A stretch of DNA of 64,000 nt from an uncultured bacterium (GCA_964551635.1 CAZKDZ010000076.1:7287-71286); one strand, 5' to 3'; shown: positions 1 to 10,388, counted from the first letter of the stretch. The notes: a model not told the origin generated them from the letters alone. Numbers and translations: made by a program.

Positions 1-49
1 TGGCGACGGTGTGGCTGTTTTCCGCTCCGACGATTCCAATGTTGATCAT
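1..49 (-). CDS. Partial CDS (first 16 codons only), probable Gfo/Idh/MocA-type oxidoreductase; continues past the window start
   Basis: Minus-strand ATG at 49 preceded by GGAGGA (reverse complement of 52-57). Translates MINIGIVGAENSHTVA, a Rossmann-type N-terminus like the other paralogs here. Absent from the ORF track because truncated. Confidence 0.45.
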   Translation of the reverse strand, partial: MINIGIVGAENSHTVA

Positions 50-84
50 TCTGTTCCTCCCTGGTTGGGGGTTCAATCCTGAGG

Positions 85-1302
85 TCAGGGGCGGGCAGGC
101 GAGCCGTCGGGCAGGCGTGCCCGCGTCCAGTCGATGATTTCATCCTGACAGGGATACTTCGAGGCGAGGTCCTCGTTTATATCGATTCCGAGGCCGGGCC
201 CGTCGTTTGGGTACATGTAACCGTCTTTGACTTCCGGCGTGCCGGGGAAGATTTCGCAGACGCGTTCGTCAAACCGGCACCACTCCTGGATTCCGAAGTT
301 GGGCGCCCAGAGGTCCAGGTGCAGATTGGCGGCGTGCCCGACCGGAGAAACGTCACCCGGCCCATGCCACGCGGTGCGAATGCCGTACATGCCGGCGAAT
401 GCCGCCACGTTCCGCGCGGGCGTCAGGCCGCCCATCTGGCTGATGTGCATTCGAATAAAGTCGATCAGCCGGTCCTGGATGAGCGGCGTCCACTCCCGCG
501 GATGGTTGAAGAGTTCCCCCATAGCGATCGGCGTGGCGCATTGCCGCCGGATGTTGCGGAACCATTCCAGGTCTTCAGGCGCGAGCGGGTCCTCCAGGAA
601 GAACAGCTTGAAGGGCTCCGCGTCTTTCGCGAACTGTACCGCGTCTATCGGTACGAGACGTTCGTGAATGTCGTGGAGGAACTCGATGTGCGGGGCCGTG
701 TTTGAACGGACATGCCCGATCATGTCGAGGACCCCGCGCGCATATTCCCGCGGGTCGTAGTACGCCCCTTCCAGTGCTCCTTCCGGGGCGCGCAGTCGGG
801 ACGTCCGGCCTCCATACCCGCCCATCTGCACGCGGATGTGCTGATAGCCCTGCTCATGGTATTTCAGGACGTTGTCCAGGACTTCGTTCCTGTCTCCGCC
901 GTCTGCGTGCGCGTAGCAGGCCGCGGCTTCGCGGCATTTGCCGCCCAGAAGCTGGTAGACGGGCATCCCCGCGCGCTTGCCCTTGATATCCCACAGCGCG
1001 ATATCGACGCCGGAAATCGCATTGTTGAGTACGGGGCCGTTGCGCCAGTATCCATTGACCATGGACGTCTGCCAGATTTCTTCGATGCGGTCGACGTCGC
1101 GTCCGATAAGAAAGGGTTTCAGGTGTTTTTCGAGGGCGGTATGGACGGCGTGAAACCGCTGGGTGAACGTGGCGCATCCAAGACCGTAGAGGCCCGGCTG
1201 GGATGTGACGATTTTGACCACGATGAGGCGCGATCCGGCTGGCTGGGTGAGGATGGTTCTGACGTCGCGTATGGTGACGGGCAAGGATGGACTCCCTGTC
1301 AT
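85..1302 (-). CDS. Enolase-superfamily dehydratase (mandelate racemase/muconate lactonizing family, D-mannonate/galactonate dehydratase-like)
   Basis: 405-aa ORF with natural composition. N-terminal capping-domain pattern ITDV..ILT..G..LIVVKI.T..GLYGLGCATF and ISGVDIALWDIKGK are typical of this family. Confidence 0.85.
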   Translation of the reverse strand: MTGSPSLPVTIRDVRTILTQPAGSRLIVVKIVTSQPGLYGLGCATFTQRFHAVHTALEKHLKPFLIGRDVDRIEEIWQTSMVNGYWRNGPVLNNAISGVDIALWDIKGKRAGMPVYQLLGGKCREAAACYAHADGGDRNEVLDNVLKYHEQGYQHIRVQMGGYGGRTSRLRAPEGALEGAYYDPREYARGVLDMIGHVRSNTAPHIEFLHDIHERLVPIDAVQFAKDAEPFKLFFLEDPLAPEDLEWFRNIRRQCATPIAMGELFNHPREWTPLIQDRLIDFIRMHISQMGGLTPARNVAAFAGMYGIRTAWHGPGDVSPVGHAANLHLDLWAPNFGIQEWCRFDERVCEIFPGTPEVKDGYMYPNDGPGLGIDINEDLASKYPCQDEIIDWTRARLPDGSPARP

Positions 1303-1444
1303 TGGATATGGACGATGGCGCTAACCGGATTCCGGGATTCTTTAATAAAGTCCGCGCGCTGAAATGTCCAGGGATATTTTCGGGTGTTGCCGGGTGATGA
1401 AGCCGGACCGGCGGCCGCATGGGCGTATCGGGCCGATCCGATGC

Positions 1445-2800
1445 CTACAGCATTCCTTCTTTTTGAAGAATGTCACCCGCGATCGCGAAGGTTGTGCCGT
1501 GCATGCCGATCACGACGAGACCCAGCCCCTCGGCCAGGTATCCGCCGGGGTACATGTTTGGCACCGCGGTGCATTCATAGTTGTGCGGATGGGTGGGCAG
1601 CTGATGCACCTGGAAGCGGTAATTGTCGTGTTTTTCCACCAGAGGAAGCGGCGGAAACCCTTCGAAGAGGGAGTAGTCCGCGACGCCGCCGATTTCGAGG
1701 AGGGCGTGATCGACTTCAAGATTTTCGCGGCCGCCGTTGCGGCAAAGGGTGGCAATGCCTCCGGATTCGTGCTGCTCGAAACCGTGGACCCGGGTTTCGT
1801 AATATGTACTCAGGCGCGGGGACCGGCTCTCCATGATTTCGGCAATCCGCGCGTAATAGGGGAGGCCGTATCGGCTGTCCGATATAAGGCGCCAGTGACG
1901 ATCGAAGGACTGGCGCATGACGTAGTGGACGTGCCTTCCCGCGTCGTGCAACTCGGTTGCCGCCCAGTCGGCGGACCGGCCGCCGCCCACGACAAGGATG
2001 CGTTCGCCGGGATAGCTCCCCGGCTGATCGTAGCCGGAAGCGACGAACGGCAGGTGTTCGCCGGGCACGTCGAGTTTCCGGGGAATGCACCGCTGCCCCA
2101 CCGCGTAGACCAGGTACCTGCACGTGTAGCGGCGGGTGGTTTCCGATCCGACTGCACGGGTGGTGAGCTGAAAGCCGTCGTCGTGCGGCCGGATGCAGGT
2201 CACGCGTTCGTGTGTGCGTATTTGATCAACGACGTCGAAACGGCCCGGTACGGAGTGATAATAGTCCAGGAGGTGACGTTTCGAAATCAGGGCGTTGACA
2301 TCCAGATGCAACTGTCGTTCACGGCAGTGGCGATCGAGCGGATAGAAGGCGAATTCCATCCATTGCCCCGGTGACAGCGTGAGCATGTTTTCCGGCACGT
2401 TATTCCACACGCCGCCAACCTGTTCCTGTGTGATGAGCAATACGTCGACGGCTTCGCGCCTGCGGAATTCCAGAGCGATTTCATCCTCGCCGCGGAACTT
2501 CTGTCCCGGATGGTGCAGGATGCGAAACAGGTCCGCGGGACGGATGCCGGCGTTCACCAGAGCTCTGAAATCAAGGCCGAGAAGCGTACCGTTTTCGCTG
2601 CGAAGGTAGCGATCGATCTGTCCGTATCGACTCTGGAAGAGTTCGCCGCCCCTGTAATATGGGTGCCACCCGCCGAGTACCACGGCCAGCGGCAGACCCG
2701 CCGGACCCCCGCCAACGATGATAACGGTATGGTGTTCGGGTTTGACCATGGAATCCTGGTGAAACCGGTCGGAAGGCCTGTACCCCGGGCGCGGAGTCAT
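1445..2800 (-). CDS. FAD/NAD(P)-binding oxidoreductase (two dinucleotide-binding motifs)
   Basis: VIIVGGGPAGL near the N-terminus and a second ILVVGGGRSADWA motif. The start may be the internal ATG at 2749 (MVKPEHHTVIIVGGG). Confidence 0.7.
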   Translation of the reverse strand: MTPRPGYRPSDRFHQDSMVKPEHHTVIIVGGGPAGLPLAVVLGGWHPYYRGGELFQSRYGQIDRYLRSENGTLLGLDFRALVNAGIRPADLFRILHHPGQKFRGEDEIALEFRRREAVDVLLITQEQVGGVWNNVPENMLTLSPGQWMEFAFYPLDRHCRERQLHLDVNALISKRHLLDYYHSVPGRFDVVDQIRTHERVTCIRPHDDGFQLTTRAVGSETTRRYTCRYLVYAVGQRCIPRKLDVPGEHLPFVASGYDQPGSYPGERILVVGGGRSADWAATELHDAGRHVHYVMRQSFDRHWRLISDSRYGLPYYARIAEIMESRSPRLSTYYETRVHGFEQHESGGIATLCRNGGRENLEVDHALLEIGGVADYSLFEGFPPLPLVEKHDNYRFQVHQLPTHPHNYECTAVPNMYPGGYLAEGLGLVVIGMHGTTFAIAGDILQKEGML

Positions 2801-2857
2801 CGAAGCTCGGGCGGACAGAGGCGCGGGTGGTCCGGCCGGTAACCAGGGGTGTAGACC

Positions 2858-2886
2858 TTGACTTCAGCGGTTGAATGACGTATGAT
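2858..2886 (+). promoter_or_regulatory. Sigma70-like promoter for the aminotransferase operon
   Basis: TTGACT (2858-2863), 17-nt spacer, TATGAT (2881-2886). About 85 nt upstream of ATG 2972, which has a GGAGGG RBS. Confidence 0.5.
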
Positions 2887-2971
2887 GGTGCTCTTGAAGG
2901 AGCGGCTACAAAGTAGATCTGATACCCTGGGGAGTCAAGCCGAATATCATTGACCGGAGGGTGAGAAGTCT

Positions 2972-4339
2972 ATGGCGGACGAAAACCAACTGGACGTTGT
3001 GGAGATTCGGGCGCAGGACCGCGCGCACGTATGGCATCCGATGATACAGCACCGGACGCTGGAGCAAAAGGACCTGATGGTGGTCCACAAGGGAAAGGGA
3101 ACCACAGTTGTGGACGCGGAGGGCCGGGAGTTTCTGGATGCTTACGCGGGGCTCTGGAACGTCAATGTCGGATACGGCCGCACGGAAATCGCGGAAGCCG
3201 TGTACGAACAGATGCTGAAGCTCTCGTACTATCCCCATCTGCACGTAAATCTGCCCGCAACGAAGCTGGCTTCCAGGCTCGCCGATCTGCTTCCAGGGGA
3301 CCTGAACCATCTCTTCTTCTCCAACAGCGGATCCGAGGCGAACGAAACCGCTTTGAAGATTGCGAGGCAGTATGGCAGGCAGAAGTACCCGGGCCAGAAC
3401 CGGTTCAAGGTGATTGCGAGATATCAGGGTTATCACGGGTTTACCTTCGGTGCGATGTCCGCGACGGGACAGGTTGCCAGGAGGGCCGGGTTCGAACCCC
3501 TGATGCCGGGCTTTCTTCACGTGAACCCGCCCTGGTCTTTTCGCTTCGGGTCGAAAGTGTCCTACCCGGACGGCGGTGTGGCGTGTGCGAACGAGGTCGA
3601 AGAGGCCATTGTCCGGGAGGATCCGACAACGGTTGCGGCGGTCATTGCCGAACCGATTATCGGCGGCGGCGGCGTGATCGTCCCGCCGGAAGGGTACCTG
3701 CCGCGCCTTCGTGAGATCTGCGACCAATACGGCGTGCTCCTGATCCTCGACGAAGTGATCACGGGATTCGGCCGGACGGGCAAGCTGTTCGCCGCCGAAC
3801 ACTGGGGCGTGGTTCCGGACATGATGACCATGGCGAAGGGCGTGTCCAGCGGATATCTGCCCCTTGGCGCGTGCGCGGTTACGCCTGAGGTGTTCGAGGC
3901 CTTCATGGGCGAACCCGGCGATCATCGGGAGTTTTCCTCGGTGTCCACCTATGGCGGACATCCGGTCTGCTGTACGGCGGCCCTGGCGAATCTGGACATT
4001 CTGATGGCCGAACGCCTTTGGGAGAATTCCGCGGAAGTTGGCGCTTACCTTCTGGACGGGTTGGAACGACTGGATTCTCCGTTCATCGGGGAAGTGCGGG
4101 GCAAGGGGCTGATGATCGCCGTCGAACTTGCGGCAAAGAGCGGCGATATGCTGGACTCGGAGCGGGTCGCGGCGGTGCAGGCAGGCATCCTTGAACAGGG
4201 CGTAATCGTGGGGCGAATGAGCCATGTGATGCACGGCCCCGAGAGCATTTTCTTCCTGGCGCCGCCTCTGATCCTGAAACGAAACGAAGCGGACCGAATC
4301 GTGTCGGCATTCGATTCGGGGCTAAGACGAATCTCCTGA
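2972..4339 (+). CDS. Class-III (omega) aminotransferase, PLP-dependent
   Basis: 455 aa. Contains LILDEVITGFGRTGKLFA and MTMAKGVSSGYLPLG (PLP lysine context). The N-terminal WHP...G..DAEGREFLDAYAGLWNVNVGYGR pattern fits the family. Confidence 0.9.
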   Translation: MADENQLDVVEIRAQDRAHVWHPMIQHRTLEQKDLMVVHKGKGTTVVDAEGREFLDAYAGLWNVNVGYGRTEIAEAVYEQMLKLSYYPHLHVNLPATKLASRLADLLPGDLNHLFFSNSGSEANETALKIARQYGRQKYPGQNRFKVIARYQGYHGFTFGAMSATGQVARRAGFEPLMPGFLHVNPPWSFRFGSKVSYPDGGVACANEVEEAIVREDPTTVAAVIAEPIIGGGGVIVPPEGYLPRLREICDQYGVLLILDEVITGFGRTGKLFAAEHWGVVPDMMTMAKGVSSGYLPLGACAVTPEVFEAFMGEPGDHREFSSVSTYGGHPVCCTAALANLDILMAERLWENSAEVGAYLLDGLERLDSPFIGEVRGKGLMIAVELAAKSGDMLDSERVAAVQAGILEQGVIVGRMSHVMHGPESIFFLAPPLILKRNEADRIVSAFDSGLRRIS

Positions 4340-4453
4340 AGGAGAACGCGCTTGCCTGCGCATGGAACGGGCAGCGACCGGCTGACGTGCCCGGTATCCT
4401 GATCTACCCGGGGTTGGCGACGCGCCTCCTTCGGTCACTCTTGTAGACCGTAT

Positions 4454-6016
4454 ATGCAGGCCTGTTTTCGACACTATGCCGCCCTCAGGAAGGAGATGGA
4501 CGCCTGGCTGGCGCAGAGCCGGCGTATGGACCCTCCTGGCAGGCACGGCGGAGGCGAGGACGAAGCCAACTACGCGCTGGCGTGGTTCCCGCACTATCTT
4601 GTGACGGGCAATCCGGCGGCCGCAGAGCACTTCGAGTATCTCCGCGATCAACTTGCGGGGTGGGTGCGGCGTGAATGCCTGCACGGCTACGAGCCTGAGG
4701 CGGAGGCGCATCACGGCACCGAGCCGTTCCTTCTGTTTCTCCCGCGCTATCTGGGTCTGTTTCCGGAGGACCGGGTCGCCGGGCAACTGCTTGCAGATGC
4801 GGCCGAACACATCGGAAACTGGGAGAAAGGGATCCCGGCCTGGTTCGACTGGGACCGGAACCGGTTCTTCGGATACCACATCGGTACGCGGACCGTCGGG
4901 CGGGATCCGGAGCATGCGGTGGAACTGGCGGAGCACTTCCGGTTCATCCACATCGCCCTCGCGGCTTACCGTGTGCTGAAGCAGGATCGTTACCTGGACT
5001 GGGCGTTGCGGTACGGCCGGCGTCGCGCGGAGATGATCGTGGCGGCGCCGGAAGGGGAGTTGCCGGTGATGTGGGGGCCGGACGGACGGCCTCTGAGCGA
5101 AAGCGAGTATACGGAATCGCAGCGTCGGATGAGCGCCGCCAGCCACCATTTGCCGAACGATCCAGGCAGGGGCGTGGAGGTGCTGCTGGCATCCGGCGCC
5201 GTCCACGCGCTGGGCGATCTGTTTCGGCTGTCCGGTGAGAGGGTCTTTCGCGACGCGGGATTTCGGATCGTCAAACCACTCGTGCCCATGCTTCACGACC
5301 CGTATTGCGACCCTGGCGCCGCTGCGGTCTCCTTCTATCGCTGCGCCTTTGGCGATGACGCCCTGGATGGCCGGATCCGGGAAATGGTGGGGCGGCTTCC
5401 CGATGAGGAAGCCGGCGAACTCGTGATGATGGTGCCGGAGAAGCCCAGGATGATCCTTCCCGGCGTCGGGAAGCGTGCGGATATGCTGCACTGGGGCGTG
5501 CAGGTGGAAGGCATGGATCGGATCGCGCCAACGCGGGAGCCCTGCACGGCCACGTTGACGCTGGCCTATCAGATTACCGGCGAAACGTCGTTCGCGACGC
5601 GCGCATTCAGGCAGGCCTCGCGGAAGCTGAAGCTGGCGCGTCGTGTATTGAGGGGCGGAAGAGAGCACGCGGACATGGGCGGGGCGGTCTGCTCCGTGGC
5701 CGCCGGCCACGGACGAAACTGGGGTTCGGGAGCCGTGACCGGATGCTACGGTCCATTGCTGCTCGGGGCCAGGGAGCATCTTGGCGCGCTGGCGCCCGAG
5801 GTTGAATTCCGCCGTCCGGGAGGCGGGGCCGGTTTGCCCGAGCAGGTGGTCTCGCTGGTCGTCCCACTCCTTCGGTCGGGCGGAAGCGTCCGGATCTTCA
5901 ACGGCGGCGACAGGGTCACCGCTGTTTCGTGGCGCCGGCACGGAGAGGCCTGGCAGGAGGTTTCGCTCCCGCCCGGCGGTGAGACAAGAGCGGTGCTGGA
6001 GGAGAATCCGTTATGA
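4454..6016 (+). CDS. Hypothetical protein, function unknown
   Basis: 520-aa ORF with balanced W/Y/F/D/E composition, unlike the Arg/Pro-rich antisense ORF 4322..5941. Its stop overlaps the next start (ATGA at 6013). I recognise no motif. Confidence 0.6.
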   Translation: MQACFRHYAALRKEMDAWLAQSRRMDPPGRHGGGEDEANYALAWFPHYLVTGNPAAAEHFEYLRDQLAGWVRRECLHGYEPEAEAHHGTEPFLLFLPRYLGLFPEDRVAGQLLADAAEHIGNWEKGIPAWFDWDRNRFFGYHIGTRTVGRDPEHAVELAEHFRFIHIALAAYRVLKQDRYLDWALRYGRRRAEMIVAAPEGELPVMWGPDGRPLSESEYTESQRRMSAASHHLPNDPGRGVEVLLASGAVHALGDLFRLSGERVFRDAGFRIVKPLVPMLHDPYCDPGAAAVSFYRCAFGDDALDGRIREMVGRLPDEEAGELVMMVPEKPRMILPGVGKRADMLHWGVQVEGMDRIAPTREPCTATLTLAYQITGETSFATRAFRQASRKLKLARRVLRGGREHADMGGAVCSVAAGHGRNWGSGAVTGCYGPLLLGAREHLGALAPEVEFRRPGGGAGLPEQVVSLVVPLLRSGGSVRIFNGGDRVTAVSWRRHGEAWQEVSLPPGGETRAVLEENPL

Positions 6017-6993
6017 AATACCGTACGCTGGGGCAGACCGGGCTGCAGGTTTCGGAAATCGGACTCGGCGCGTTTCCGATATCAGGGATGCAGCGGCAGG
6101 CTGATGGCACTCGATTCGGATGGACCGGAACCGAAGATTCGGAGTCGATTGCGCTCATACACCGCTGCGAGGACCTCGGCATCAATCTGATCGATTCCGC
6201 GGAAAGTTACGGCGACGGGCACAGTGAGGTTCTCACGGGCAAGGCGCTGACGGGACGGAGAGACAGGTGGATCGTGGCCACGAAGGTGCAGCCGAACGCG
6301 GGTATCGATCCTGAAGCCCGGGATGGTTCAGCGGTGCAGCGTCGAATTACAGCGTCATGCGAGCAAAGCCTGAAGCGGCTGGCGATGGACCACATCGACG
6401 TCTATCAGTTGCACGCCGTTCCTTTCGAATGGGCGATGCCGGCGGTAATGGACGCGCTGGAAGCGCTCAGACGGGCCGGCAAGGTGCGGTGGTACGGCAT
6501 TTCGACCAATGACCGGCAAGCGGTGGAGAAGCTGCGTACGATCGGGCCTTTACACATGTTGCAGGTGGGATATAACCTGCTGGAACGCACGGCGGATGGA
6601 TTGCTGCACTGGGCCAAGGCCGAGGATATCGGCACGTTGATTCGGGTGCCGCTGGCCAAGGGGCAGCTGACCGGCAAGTATTTCGGGGCGGAAGCGCGTA
6701 CGATCCCGGAAAACGACGTGCGGTACGAACGATTCAATACACCGGAGACCGTTGATGGGTTGAAGCGCCTGCCGCAGCTGCTGTTCCTGCGGAACCGGAC
6801 GCGAACCATGGCGCAGGCGGCGCTGCGTTTCGTACTGGATCATCCCGGCGTGTCGTGCGTGATCGCCGGCGCCAAGAACCGCCGCCAGGTGGATGAGAAC
6901 GCCGGCGCCGTCGAGATGGCTCCGTTGACGAATGCGGAACTCGAACGCGCGATCCCGATCGCGGATACCATCGGTACGCCGGGTTGGATTTAG
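6013..6993 (+). CDS. Aldo/keto reductase
   Basis: MKYRTLGQTGLQVSEIGLGAF N-terminus plus IDSAESYG and IDVYQLH motifs. Confidence 0.9.
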   Translation: MKYRTLGQTGLQVSEIGLGAFPISGMQRQADGTRFGWTGTEDSESIALIHRCEDLGINLIDSAESYGDGHSEVLTGKALTGRRDRWIVATKVQPNAGIDPEARDGSAVQRRITASCEQSLKRLAMDHIDVYQLHAVPFEWAMPAVMDALEALRRAGKVRWYGISTNDRQAVEKLRTIGPLHMLQVGYNLLERTADGLLHWAKAEDIGTLIRVPLAKGQLTGKYFGAEARTIPENDVRYERFNTPETVDGLKRLPQLLFLRNRTRTMAQAALRFVLDHPGVSCVIAGAKNRRQVDENAGAVEMAPLTNAELERAIPIADTIGTPGWI

Positions 6994-7006
6994 CAGGAGT
7001 TCGAAT

Positions 7007-8269
7007 ATGTCCTCCGAGGTTCGCATAGGCGTGATCGGCTGCGGGCGAATCCTGAACGCGCACCTGCGCGGGTTCCGAATCCTGCAGGAAAACGGGTTAG
7101 GGGATTGCTTCCGGATCACGGCGCTTTGCGCGAGGAGGCGTGAGGACGCTCTCCGGTTTCGAACGCGGGGCGAAGGCCCCGGACCCAGACCCGCGCCGGT
7201 GGAGGCACGGGGCGATCCGTTGAATGCGCCTCACGCGTACATCAGCGATCTGCATCCCGGTCAGAAAACGGCGGTTTACACGGATTATCGCGAGATGCTG
7301 GAGCGCGGACCGGTCGACGCGGTTTGCATCCTGACGGGGCACGATACGCATCACACCATCGCCATCGATGCCATGCGCGCCGGCAGGCACGCCATTGTCG
7401 AAAAGCCGATGGCGATTTCGGTAAAAGCCGCCCAGCGGATGTGCGAGGCGGCTTCCGACACAAACACGGTGTTGAGCGTTGCGGAAAACGTGAATTTCAC
7501 ACCCGCCGTGCGTGCAAACCGGTGGGCCGTCAGGGAGGGACTGATCGGCGACGTGCAGATGGTCTATCGCGGGGCGATCGGGTTCCGGTCTCACCGTCCT
7601 GATCTGGTGGCCGCCCGCACGCCGTGGAGGCAGTCGAAGCTGGGCGCCGGGGGCGGGGTGTCGATCGATCTGGGGGTGCATCTCTTCAACGGCGTTCGGA
7701 CGATCTGCGGACCGGTACATTCGGTGCAGGCCCTGTGGCGGATTCTGGAGCCGGTCCGGGTGCTGATGTCCGACGACGACAGTGACGTCGCGGATGAGGT
7801 CCGGAACCAGGTCGACGACGCGTTCTTCTCAAATTTCAGGCTCGCGAACGCAGCGATCGGTCACATGGCGGTGGCCCGCAGCGCCAGGGGGACGCAGATC
7901 GGCGTCCCGGGCGGAACGAATGTATTCGGCAGCACGGGGGCGCTGTCAGACGGGAAAATCTTCTCGGGAGACGGGGCCGGGGAAGACGTCCTTCAGCGGT
8001 TCCGGCGGGATGCCACGGAGCAGGAGCGCGACGAAGCAACGCCTGGAGGGATCACGGATGCATTCGCGCTGGAGAACCTGGACTGGCTGCGCGGGATCCG
8101 CGACGGTTCGCCGGTGCGGATGTCGGGTGAGGAGGGGACGATCGACCTGGCCCTGAGCTACGCGATCCTGGAGTCGGGACTGCTGGGCCGGGAGGTAACC
8201 CTGGAAGAAATGCTCCGCGGCGACGAGGACGGATACCAGAGGCCGATCAACGCGCATTACGGGTTGTAG
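7007..8269 (+). CDS. Gfo/Idh/MocA family oxidoreductase
   Basis: In-frame ATG at 7007 gives MSSEVRIGVIGCGRILNAHL (Rossmann N-terminus), and EKPMA is present. The ORF-track start at 6932 overlaps the previous gene. Confidence 0.85.
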   Translation: MSSEVRIGVIGCGRILNAHLRGFRILQENGLGDCFRITALCARRREDALRFRTRGEGPGPRPAPVEARGDPLNAPHAYISDLHPGQKTAVYTDYREMLERGPVDAVCILTGHDTHHTIAIDAMRAGRHAIVEKPMAISVKAAQRMCEAASDTNTVLSVAENVNFTPAVRANRWAVREGLIGDVQMVYRGAIGFRSHRPDLVAARTPWRQSKLGAGGGVSIDLGVHLFNGVRTICGPVHSVQALWRILEPVRVLMSDDDSDVADEVRNQVDDAFFSNFRLANAAIGHMAVARSARGTQIGVPGGTNVFGSTGALSDGKIFSGDGAGEDVLQRFRRDATEQERDEATPGGITDAFALENLDWLRGIRDGSPVRMSGEEGTIDLALSYAILESGLLGREVTLEEMLRGDEDGYQRPINAHYGL

Positions 8270-8347
8270 GGGTTCGGGCAGTGCGAGGAATGCGACCCCT
8301 ACATCGCCCACCGCCCCCTGGCCGCGTGGGTTTTCTGTCCCGAAATA

Positions 8348-8926
8348 TCAGCGTTTTTCGATTTCGAGGTTGCGGAACCAGATCCGGCTGTTGTGGTCCT
8401 GCAGGCCGATGTATCCGGATTCGGTCATTTCGCAGTACGCCCGATTGAATTTGTTGGGGGTGCCGTCGGGGTTCCGTCCCGGTGCGGTCCAGCGGCTCAG
8501 GTCCATTTCGGTGACTCGCTCACCGTTCAAGTCAACCCGGATGTCGTTCTCCACGGCGGAGACGACCATCCGGTTCCATTCGCCGGTGGGTTTGCAGGTA
8601 TTGCGCGTGGGGGCCTGGACGTCATACACGGCGCCGCAGCACTTGGCGGTTGCGGGGCTCCGGCCGTGCGTGTCCAGGATCTGGATTTCGATGCCGGTCT
8701 GCACGGGGTCTTCCAGATCGGTCCAACGGAAGAAGACGCCGCTGTTGGCGCCGGGAGGGTGTTTGAACTCGAGCGACAGTTCGAAATTTCTGAACCGTTC
8801 GTACGTATAATACAGATATCCCCCTTTTTCGCCGGTGCAGTAGATACAGCCTCGATCCACCGTCCAGCCGTCGGGATTGCCGGTGGCTGCCCAGCCGTTG
8901 AGGGTTTCGCCGTCGAACAGGTGCAT
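8348..8926 (-). CDS. DUF1080 / 3-keto-disaccharide hydrolase-like (LamG-type jelly roll) protein
   Basis: Internal ATG at 8926 gives MHLFDGETLNGW....W.V..G.I, and the C-terminus is GYIGLQDHNSRIWFRNLEI. Both are characteristic of DUF1080. The longer track ORF adds an implausible leader. Confidence 0.75.
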   Translation of the reverse strand: MHLFDGETLNGWAATGNPDGWTVDRGCIYCTGEKGGYLYYTYERFRNFELSLEFKHPPGANSGVFFRWTDLEDPVQTGIEIQILDTHGRSPATAKCCGAVYDVQAPTRNTCKPTGEWNRMVVSAVENDIRVDLNGERVTEMDLSRWTAPGRNPDGTPNKFNRAYCEMTESGYIGLQDHNSRIWFRNLEIEKR

Positions 8927-9086
8927 GTTTCGTCCCTTCAATGATTGTGTTGTGGAAACCAGCCGCCGCGGGTCCATCCCTTCTGCCGTGGCCGGCTGCC
9001 GGAGTACTGGAACCCTGGCCGGGAAATATCTGTCAATCCGGATGAAAATCAAAGCGAAAGTCACACTCGGTTGAGGAGGGATCAAG

Positions 9087-10388
9087 ATGGTAGGTCGACT
9101 TGCACGCGGGCTTTGTCTCCTGGTTCTCTTCCCGCCCGGCGTTCACGCCGACAACTGGCCGCAATGGCGCGGTCCGCAGCAGAACGGCGTGAGTTCCGCC
9201 ACGAATCTGCCCGCGTCCTGGAGTCTTGAAAAGAACATAATCTGGAAGGCTGAATTACCCTCGTGGAGCGGCAGCACGCCGATCGTCTGGGACGAACGCA
9301 TTTTTCTGATGTCTCCGTCGCCTGCGCAAAAGCCGGAGGAACGGGAGCCCGGCGGGCCGGAGATATTCATTGTATGCCTGTCCAGAAAGGACGGCAGTGA
9401 ACGCTGGCGGCGCAAGCTGGACGAAGGAAACGAACTGTGGCGCAAGCACAACAATACGTCGCCTTCGCCCGTTACGGATGGCGCGCACGTGTGGGCCGTT
9501 ACGGGAAACGGCGTGGTGGCGTGTCTGAACATGGACGGCAAGTTGATCTGGACGCGCGACTTGCAAGGAGACTACGGCAAATTCGGCCTGAACTTCGGAT
9601 ACGCCTCGTCTCCGATTCTGTTCGATGGCAAGCTCATCCTGCAGGTACTTCACGGATCGTACACGGATGAACCCTCGTATATCGTCGCGCTGGACGCCGG
9701 AAACGGTAAGGAAGTGTGGCGTGAAGAACGCGCGACCGATGCCATAAGGGAGTCTCCGGACTCGTACACGACACCCGCACTGCTGAAGCAGGAAGGAAAG
9801 ATCCAGATTGTCGTTACAGGCGGGGATTGCGTGACGGGGCACGATCCGGCTACGGGACGCGAGATCTGGCGAGCCGGCGGGTTGAACCCGGAGCGACGGG
9901 GAAATTTCCGGCTTGTCGGCTCGCCCGTAGTGGTCGACGGCATGATCTACGCGCCCACCCGCCGGCGTCCGTTACTTGCCCTGACTGCCGGCGGGACGGG
10001 CGATGTCTCCGGGAATGTGAAGTGGAAGTGGGAGGGCGCCGCCGCCCCGGACGTGCCGACGCCGGTTTGTGACGGTAGGTATTTCTACATGGTTGACGAT
10101 CGCGGTCTGGCAACGTGTCTCGACGCGAAGACCGGCGCCGTTGTCTGGGGTCCCGAGAGAACGGCGCAGGGTACGGTGAGCGCTTCGCCTCATCTGGCTG
10201 ACGGCAAGTTGTTCCTGCTGAACGAATATGCCGTGACGACCGTCCTGGCTGCCGGCCCGAAGTTCAAAGTCCTCGCGACGAATGAACTGGACGATACGTA
10301 CACGCTCTCATCTCCCGTGTCCTCCGGATCCCAGCTCTTTGTGCGAACGGCAACTCATCTATACTGCATCGGACATGAAGCCGAGTAA
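9087..10388 (+). CDS. Secreted PQQ-like beta-propeller repeat protein
   Basis: Signal-peptide-like N-terminus, DNWPQWRGPQQNG motif, and repeated W...G..S.P.v.dg.iy blade pattern. Confidence 0.8.
   Translation: MVGRLARGLCLLVLFPPGVHADNWPQWRGPQQNGVSSATNLPASWSLEKNIIWKAELPSWSGSTPIVWDERIFLMSPSPAQKPEEREPGGPEIFIVCLSRKDGSERWRRKLDEGNELWRKHNNTSPSPVTDGAHVWAVTGNGVVACLNMDGKLIWTRDLQGDYGKFGLNFGYASSPILFDGKLILQVLHGSYTDEPSYIVALDAGNGKEVWREERATDAIRESPDSYTTPALLKQEGKIQIVVTGGDCVTGHDPATGREIWRAGGLNPERRGNFRLVGSPVVVDGMIYAPTRRRPLLALTAGGTGDVSGNVKWKWEGAAAPDVPTPVCDGRYFYMVDDRGLATCLDAKTGAVVWGPERTAQGTVSASPHLADGKLFLLNEYAVTTVLAAGPKFKVLATNELDDTYTLSSPVSSGSQLFVRTATHLYCIGHEAE

Noticed and set aside
2906-4234. Long antisense or alternative-frame ORFs. 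Examples: 2906..4234, 4322..5941, 10458..11510, 13158..14624, 25993..27216, 33503..34828, 38905..39690, 39964..40794, 45821..46729, 50284..51294, 52152..53159, 56522..57634, 59117..60103, 60746..61822, 61896..62870, 62819..63703.
   Set aside because: All are Arg/Pro/Gly/Ala-rich, have no recognisable motifs, and lie opposite or out of frame to ORFs with clear family signatures. This is the typical stop-codon-poor antisense reading of GC-rich DNA.
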